This document shows, piece by piece, positions 62,691 to 64,000 of a stretch of DNA of 64,000 nt. The notes under the pieces are model-generated. The model saw only the letters and a program-made list of their open reading frames with translations. It was not told the DNA's origin and searched no databases. The DNA is taken from positions 49,999 through 113,998 of the IMG/VR virus record IMGVR_UViG_3300015360_001243; one strand, written 5' to 3'. The translations under genes were made by a program, and so were the position numbers. Source of the DNA: a virus. Its lineage: Duplodnaviria > Heunggongvirae > Uroviricota > Caudoviricetes. The first letter of the stretch is position 1. Each line of letters starts with the position of its first letter.

Positions 62691-63132
62691 TTCTGATTTC
62701 CTTAGTGACTTCATTTCTACCTGTGTTAAACGGGGAATGGAGACTCCAATAGAGATTGCGGATAGAGCCCGCACTCTTATTCAGGAGATTGATGAGGAAA
62801 TCAAAAAGGTAGAAAAAAGAAAGATTATGAGATCCAAATTATTGGATGTCATATCAACTTTTGATAAACCAATTAAAACCAGCAATCTAGAAGAAGTAAG
62901 AGCGTTATCTTTCTTCAAAATCCAGAACCCAGCAGTCTGTAAACGCATTTGTGATGCCTTGAAAAAGGCACCATCGACAATTGAAATGTTAGCTGTCGGC
63001 TCTTCTGTTGAAGATGTAATGTTTTGTGTTAAGCAATTACTTGAGCATAAAGTGATTCATAAATCAAGTAATCTATTTCTTCGTGGAGATATGTTTGAAG
63101 AATACCTGAAATTTGTACTAAGGGATAAGTAA
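62671..63132 (+). CDS. hypothetical protein
   Basis: ORF. Confidence 0.4.
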   Translation: MRGKKVDSDFLSDFISTCVKRGMETPIEIADRARTLIQEIDEEIKKVEKRKIMRSKLLDVISTFDKPIKTSNLEEVRALSFFKIQNPAVCKRICDALKKAPSTIEMLAVGSSVEDVMFCVKQLLEHKVIHKSSNLFLRGDMFEEYLKFVLRDK

Positions 63133-63539
63133 TGATAATTGTTTTACTGTTGCAAAATGGAGAATGCCACATAAGTAGCTATAGGCAGACTAATGGTAAT
63201 TATCGTACTATTTGCTCTAAAACAGTGGATAAAAACAGTAATACGAATACCTTGAGCGCAGATGATATTTTCCCTGGCACATGCAGTATTTGTAAAAGAT
63301 ACTATGACGAAATGTATTCAGAAGATTCGTCCTCTAAATCAGCCTTGGTTCGATTATCAAGTACGAGTAGTCTAAAATCCGTTTTGGATCATCATCGAGC
63401 TGGCGTAGCCGGTCCTGAAATTGACTATTATGATATTGATGAACGTCGATGGTATAAACTTTCTAAGTATCAAAGGCTTATCCCTAAGGCTAAGTCTAAG
63501 AAACGAAAATCTAACAAGTATATGTTTTTGACCAAATGA
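63132..63539 (+). CDS. hypothetical protein
   Basis: ORF. Confidence 0.4.
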   Translation: MIIVLLLQNGECHISSYRQTNGNYRTICSKTVDKNSNTNTLSADDIFPGTCSICKRYYDEMYSEDSSSKSALVRLSSTSSLKSVLDHHRAGVAGPEIDYYDIDERRWYKLSKYQRLIPKAKSKKRKSNKYMFLTK

Positions 63540-63865
63540 ACGATGTATCAATTAGCAAGCGAACATTATGGCGTTATGTTAATCGAAAGATCAAGCGCAT
63601 AATACATCATTACCATGTTTTTAGTGTTATTACTATTTTGTTTGATGAAATAATTTTAGATTTACTTAAAGGTAATAGGATTAAGATTTTCAATTTTGGA
63701 ACTCTTACTCTTAAGAGATTGAAGCCGAGACGATATTTTGATGTAAGGTTTCAGAAGGTAATGCAAGCTAAGGGTCATAAAATCTTGAGGTTCACATTGG
63801 CGCCCGCCTTTCGTAAAAAATTGGTAGACCATCTTGACCTTGACAAAACTTTGAAGGATGATTAA
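63536..63865 (+). CDS. HU/IHF-family DNA-binding protein
   Basis: NFGTLTLKRLKPRRYFDVRFQKVMQAKGHKILRFTLAPAFRKKL follows the HU arm pattern FGTF..R.AR.GRNP.TGE.I.I.A...P.F..GK.LK. Confidence 0.55.
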   Translation: MNDVSISKRTLWRYVNRKIKRIIHHYHVFSVITILFDEIILDLLKGNRIKIFNFGTLTLKRLKPRRYFDVRFQKVMQAKGHKILRFTLAPAFRKKLVDHLDLDKTLKDD

Positions 63866-63867
63866 CA

Positions 63868-64000
63868 TGGTTAGAAAGGGTCCACGTCAAACATTTTTTG
63901 TTTGCGCTGCGATTGTTGATGGTGAGCTAGTGACTGAGGTTATTCCTTGCAATTCTCCCTCTGATGCTACGCAAAAATTCAAAGAGAAATTTGCTACCGA
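63868..64000 (+). CDS. hypothetical protein, N-terminal fragment (continues past the window end)
   Basis: The ATG follows the HU-like stop; the frame stays open to the window end. Confidence 0.35.

Overview
This window is a gene-dense, almost entirely plus-strand accessory region of a large T4-like (Tevenvirinae-type) phage with about 42% GC. Most genes have overlapping or abutting stops and starts (ATGA, 4-8 nt overlaps), with a few short minus-strand islands. The T4-like call rests on clear homologues of T4 rIIA and rIIB, Pnk (pseT), Rnl1 and Rnl2, sigma70-like early promoters and compact tRNA arrays.

The most striking content is a contiguous NAD+/ADP-ribose toolkit at 1-6864:
- an NAD+-dependent DNA ligase;
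- a calcineurin-like phosphoesterase;
- a genuine PARP homologue with a WGR domain and an intact H-G-S/Y/E catalytic signature;
- a TARG1-like macro domain;
- a NADAR domain.
A second macro domain lies at 42862-43377.

The second notable block is an RNA-repair arsenal at 33140-42519:
- two polynucleotide kinase-phosphatases;
- three ATP-dependent RNA ligases, one Rnl1-like and two Rnl2-like;
- a PPP-family phosphatase.

The window also carries extensive translation hardware:
- about 21 tRNA or tRNA-like genes in four arrays, covering complete or near-complete anticodon sets for Thr (4), Arg (5), Leu and Glu;
- two tRNA-like genes with CUA (amber-reading) anticodons;
- a tmRNA whose tag peptide reads ANDNAFAPLALAA;
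- TrpRS, IF-3 and a PTH2-type peptidyl-tRNA hydrolase.

Other content:
- a CobS/CobT-like AAA+/VWA pair plus an extra CobS paralogue;
- PurA;
- thioredoxin;
- two IscA-type Fe-S carrier proteins;
- sugar-nucleotide and glycosyltransferase genes;
- peptidoglycan hydrolases;
- a membrane-anchored metzincin on the minus strand;
- an HU/IHF-like protein.
I found no CRISPR array, transposase or integrase. All calls come from reading motifs by eye; no database search was run.
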